Shown here in pieces: positions 1 to 707 of a stretch of DNA of 707 bases. The position numbers and the translations under genes are program-made. Under the pieces are notes generated by a model that searched no databases, was not told the origin of the DNA, and saw only the letters and a list, made by a program, of their open reading frames with translations. This DNA is from a phage. Where the stretch lies: the sequence record AB841367.1; one strand, 5' to 3'. Position 1 is the first letter of the stretch. Each line of letters opens with the position of its first letter.

Positions 1-707
1 TTACGCCAGCTTATCGCCGCACGTAATTTGGTTGCCTTCGTAAATGAAGTCGATAGCGCGGTACACATCGTCATACAGGCCTGTTTTCAGTACACACCAT
101 TGCGGACCATTGGCGCTTGAAGATGCGTCGTATACTAGAACATGGCGCGGAAGGTGGATAATCAGCAACTCATGCGCATCAAATCGCAGCGATTCCATCA
201 CGCCATCAGCCAGTTCATCAGCAGTGTAGGAGCGGAGAATTTTCTCAATGCTCGCGCTGGCGATTGGTGATACCTGACCGGAGCCGATGATATACACAGA
301 CGGCGCACCAGTTGCCGGATTGCTGATGAACGCATAAGAATCAGCGAATGGCGTTTTGCAGTAAGTCCCGGCGATGCCTTTTTGCACCATCAGTGATGGC
401 TGTGCGACATACAAAGCAGCACCAACTGTGGTTGCACCAGTCAGGGAGAAATATTCAATCGTCNACGAACCAAAGCAGACTATGAAGTCTCGCCATGTGC
501 CGATACCGATGATGCCGTCCGGCTGCGATTCTGCGCGATATTGTGCGCTGGANCGGTCAGGATGCNATTCNTCNTCNAGGTCAGTGATAAACCATGAATC
601 ATTACCGTGTTGGGNGNGGNCAGGGGGCCACNNNAACGCNNNNTNTTGCNNANTNGNNCTANCTNNNANTGNNNNAANCCGCTGTCTGTAGGCCAGTTTG
701 AGACGGT
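1..707 (-). CDS. Partial CDS (C-terminal portion; N-terminus lies beyond position 707); hypothetical protein, possibly a phage/prophage structural protein
   Basis: Seen in sequence: the minus-strand frame ending with stop TAA (revcomp of 1-3) is open through 1-414 per the ORF track (137 aa, ...YDDVYRAIDFIYEGNQITCGDKLA*). Manual translation of the same frame upstream of 414 continues without stops: 415-612 reads ...QHGNDSWFITDLxExExHPDRSSAQYRAESQPDGIIGIGTWRDFIVCFGSxTIEYFSLTGATTVGAAL-YVAQP..., where x marks codons containing N. The apparent start at 412-414 is a TTG that is simply the first start-like codon after the N-containing codon at 463-465, so it is an ORF-caller artifact, not a real start. 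The clean terminal bases 679-705 are also open in this frame (RQRYALKLR), but frame continuity across the N-dense 613-678 stretch cannot be verified. Inference: a stop-free frame of at least ~600 nt with enterobacterial-like codon usage is unlikely by chance. The product assignment is a low-confidence guess with no database search behind it. Confidence 0.8.
   Translation of the reverse strand, partial: RLKLAYRQRXXXXXXXXXXQXXAXXWPPXXXQHGNDSWFITDXXXEXHPDXSSAQYRAESQPDGIIGIGTWRDFIVCFGSXTIEYFSLTGATTVGAALYVAQPSLMVQKGIAGTYCKTPFADSYAFISNPATGAPSVYIIGSGQVSPIASASIEKILRSYTADELADGVMESLRFDAHELLIIHLPRHVLVYDASSSANGPQWCVLKTGLYDDVYRAIDFIYEGNQITCGDKLA
464..678. other. Low-quality zone with ambiguous base calls (N), sparse at 464-577 and dense at 615-678
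   Basis: Seen in sequence: N at 464, 553, 566, 571, 574, 577, 615, 617, 620, 632-634, 640-643, 645, 650, 651, 653, 655, 657, 658, 662, 665-667, 669, 672-675 and 678. The progressive rise in N density is typical of the degrading tail of a single-pass read or a low-coverage contig end. Unambiguous sequence resumes at 679-707. Confidence 0.9.

Noticed and set aside
44-229. Plus-strand 61-aa ORF (MKSIARYTSSYRPVFSTHHCGPLALEDASYTRTWRGRWIISNSCASNRSDSITPSASSSAV)
   Set aside because: It lies entirely within, and antisense to, the much longer minus-strand coding frame. It is short, has a Ser/Arg-rich low-complexity composition and no recognisable upstream ribosome-binding context, so it is most likely a shadow ORF.
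343-369. Walker A-like P-loop in the minus-strand protein (KGIAGTYCKT)
   Set aside because: It does not satisfy the G-x4-G-K-[ST] consensus, because the residue before Lys is Cys rather than Gly and the spacing is wrong. It is a chance resemblance.
412-414. TTG start codon implied by the ORF track for the minus-strand gene
   Set aside because: The frame remains open upstream of it; the boundary is imposed by the N-containing codon at 463-465, not by a biological start. No Shine-Dalgarno-like purine-rich element can be assessed, because the relevant upstream region is itself coding sequence.
611-631. G-rich stretch (tgggngnggncagggggcca) as a possible G-quadruplex or regulatory element
   Set aside because: It lies in the ambiguous-base zone and inside the coding frame. 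Homopolymer G runs are a common source of miscalls in degraded read tails, so the pattern is not reliable.
374-691. Plus-strand 105-aa ORF
   Set aside because: It is antisense to the long minus-strand frame, and its second half runs through the N-dense region, where about 30 of its codons are untranslatable, so its apparent openness is an artifact of ambiguous bases hiding possible stops.

Overview
This 707-bp window appears to be one partial protein-coding gene on the minus strand; I see no support for a novel multi-gene system here. The gene's stop codon (TAA, reverse complement of positions 1-3) is at the very start of the window, and its N-terminus lies beyond position 707. The ORF track ends this frame at 414 only because an ambiguous base (n464) breaks the codon at 463-465; my manual translation continues in the same frame, without a stop, to at least ~612 and probably to 707. 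From position 464 onward the sequence carries a growing density of N calls (heaviest at 632-678), so anything right of ~610 is unreliable. Codon usage and GC content (about 50%) look enterobacterial. The product is unidentified; I have a weak, unverifiable impression that it resembles a structural protein of P22-like enterobacterial phages. The two plus-strand ORFs are antisense shadow ORFs. I found no RNA genes, CRISPR repeats, mobile-element termini or credible regulatory sites.
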